From Marsupella aquatica (Eukaryota; Plantae; Marchantiophyta): DNA of 64,000 nt. Below the pieces are notes generated by a model. That model ran no database searches. It was not told the origin of the DNA and was given only the letters and a program-made list of their open reading frames with translations. Both the position numbers and the translations under genes were made by a program. This document shows positions 61,891-64,000 of the stretch, in pieces (position 1 is the first letter of the stretch; each line of letters begins with the position of its first letter). The stretch covers positions 6,782,234 through 6,846,233 of the forward strand of contig OZ316894.1 of NCBI GenBank assembly GCA_973895155.1. Direction: 5' to 3'.

Positions 61891-63207
61891 CATCCAATTA
61901 GGTGATTCCATACAATCAATTCCACTGTCAAATCCATAGCCAGTCCCACTGCAATCTGCCATGGTAACCCTCTGAACGCGTATAACCAAATGAGCTGAGA
62001 AAAGTTTTATATCAAGTACCACTTGGATGACTGCATCATCAGCAGCATTTAGACTGATTCACTTGGGACCTGTGGGACGCCCCAAGGAATTGATATAAGT
62101 TCCGTCCGTGGGTGCAAGAAAGCATGACAGTCACGAACGAAAACCTACTTTGACGCATGCGTGTGAAGGTTTGAAATTTAAAAATTGGTCAAAACAGTGC
62201 CGTGCTGGGAGGGAGGAGGCAGGAAGGCATCGTCAGACATCGTATGGCATTTCATCGCACTTGTTTGCCTCGAAAGTGCTGCGAGCTCTCGAAAGCAGCA
62301 GCAGACCCGAGACTGCCATTGCACGCTTTGAAATTTCAAAAACACTCGTGTAATAGCGTACATGGATAATCCCCATCAACCCTCACGGAATTTGTTCCTG
62401 GCGATGTCGTGTATTTGTATTACGGGTTTCCACCACAGAAGACGGAGATTCCTTCCGTCAGGATCTCCCAATTTGCTTTCCGGGCCCGCCGGCCGGATTT
62501 GCTGGAGGTCGGGGATGGAATGATGGATGGTCACACAGTTCGGGAAGCGCACACTTCTCTGGAAGAGCGTCGAGCAGTAGAGTGGCCGATTGTAGAGCCC
62601 AGCGGCTCATATGGTACAGAGGACAGAGAGCGAAAGAGTATTCAGCCATTTCAGCGCGCTGATCCGCACCCACTGTACACAATGACGCAGCCCAATCAAA
62701 AATATGTTCCGACGCGCAACGGCCCGCTCCGCCAGGAGTTCCGGGCTTCCGGCACGTCCGTAGTGAACCGCCTGGTCCTCCAGATATGGATGGAAGAGAC
62801 AAAACATGTCTGCCCACGTTCACTTTCGTGCGACAAACTCCCGGCAAGCTTCACTGACCTCCTGCCAGAGAAGTTTGCTGTATCCATGGCATGTCTCCAT
62901 GCACGACAAGCATCATGCTTCTTCTTCCCAACTTATTCGGCGTTCCGTTTGAATATTTGCCTTTTTCGCAGGCTATAGCCTACTCCTATAATCCACCTCC
63001 TATCTCGCTCGGCTGGGTCTACCACTCTACCCAGAGGGAAGTGGGAACCGACAGACTCTCCGATTCTCTACTCTCTCGAAGCCTGGAACAATTCCGTTCC
63101 CAGCAATCGCACAGCTTAATTGTCAAAGGGCGACCGAAGATGACGGAGTTGGTGCCATAACAGTTGTGTGAGGAGCGAGCACCCACTCCCCAAACCCAAA
63201 GGATAAT

Positions 63208-63241
63208 AAATGTCGTGGATTGGCACCAATCCACGACATTT
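63208..63241. repeat. Perfect inverted repeat, 16-bp arms, 2-nt spacer
   Basis: AAATGTCGTGGATTGG-CA-CCAATCCACGACATTT. Confidence 0.95.
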
Positions 63242-64000
63242 TCTTTTGGTCTCTCTTATGTTGTTCGATGGTTTAGTCGTTCGTGTCGACGCTGTGCGTC
63301 TGATATCGAGACTACGAATACCCTGAATGTGGTGGCTGGACGATATGAGATTTAGTCGAGGGTGAACTCCCCTTCGCCGGCGATCAAATAATCGACCTTT
63401 TGTCTATCAAGATCAAAGCATGCTGGAGCGTTGGTGCTCTATGGTCGAACAGGATGAGGATACGTTTAAAGATAATATTGCACAAGGGAATCGGAAATGT
63501 GCAGTGGTAGTGATAGGATTTGGAAACAGTTCAATTGTCGAAGGCAAAGCTCTTGTCCCGTGATGCCATCAATATTGAGGAAAAATCTTTAATGCAATTC
63601 GGCGTCAACAGGTTTACTTTTTGCTCGCGATTGCTGCAGTCGTTTCCAGCTCATGGCAGTGCAGTGGTGCAGACGAGATTATACGGGTATTTAGAGAGGT
63701 TGGGAGACAGAAATCGACCTGAGTGAAGAGGTAGGCAATAGGCTTGGCCTCGAGATATGCAGGGATTGCTAGATGCAAAGCCATTGAAATGCGCGAAGGT
63801 TCTCCAGGCGCATTTGGTAAGCATGCCACAGATATCTCGAGATCCACTTCTGAATTCCAGGAAGAGAGAGGGAATTATATGGGATCAATGCTCAAGGTTG
63901 GACTTGAGATGGCGAACTAGCTGTTGACGGGTATTCGAGTCATATTTTTCGGAACGTTAGAAGTATACAGTTTTATCGTTCACAATCCGCTCCGGGTAGC

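Noticed and set aside
62409-62978. 189-aa plus-strand ORF
   Set aside because: Non-ATG start, no recognisable motif, and several overlapping frames are open in GC-rich sequence.

Overview
Eukaryotic nuclear DNA from a land plant, probably a non-seed plant such as a liverwort or other bryophyte (inference from gene content and TE types, not proven). Four intact host genes were reconstructed by hand from GT-AG splice sites: a short non-canonical PIN auxin carrier (5 exons, -), a TEX261/Svp26-family ER cargo receptor (5 exons, -), a plastid-type GGPP synthase (intronless CDS, -) and a LORELEI-like (LLG) protein with no GPI tail (3 exons, +). Most of the rest is transposon-derived. It includes a full-length but decayed Bianca-lineage Ty1/copia element (114-bp LTRs, half-tRNA-Ile PBS) and an L1-type LINE remnant interrupted by a solo LTR. 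There is also a three-level nest (an old Ty3/gypsy containing a 3.3-kb solo LTR containing a younger Ty3/gypsy), two ends of an unclassified DNA-transposon-like element (one with an F-box-like pseudogene), a truncated second copia and probable Helitron ends. The most unusual feature is the innermost gypsy. Its 3' LTR, delimited by PPT, TG start and target-site duplication, is about 3.8 kb long and contains a decayed accessory ORF of about 740 codons inside the LTR itself. All family assignments are by motif recognition; no database search was run.
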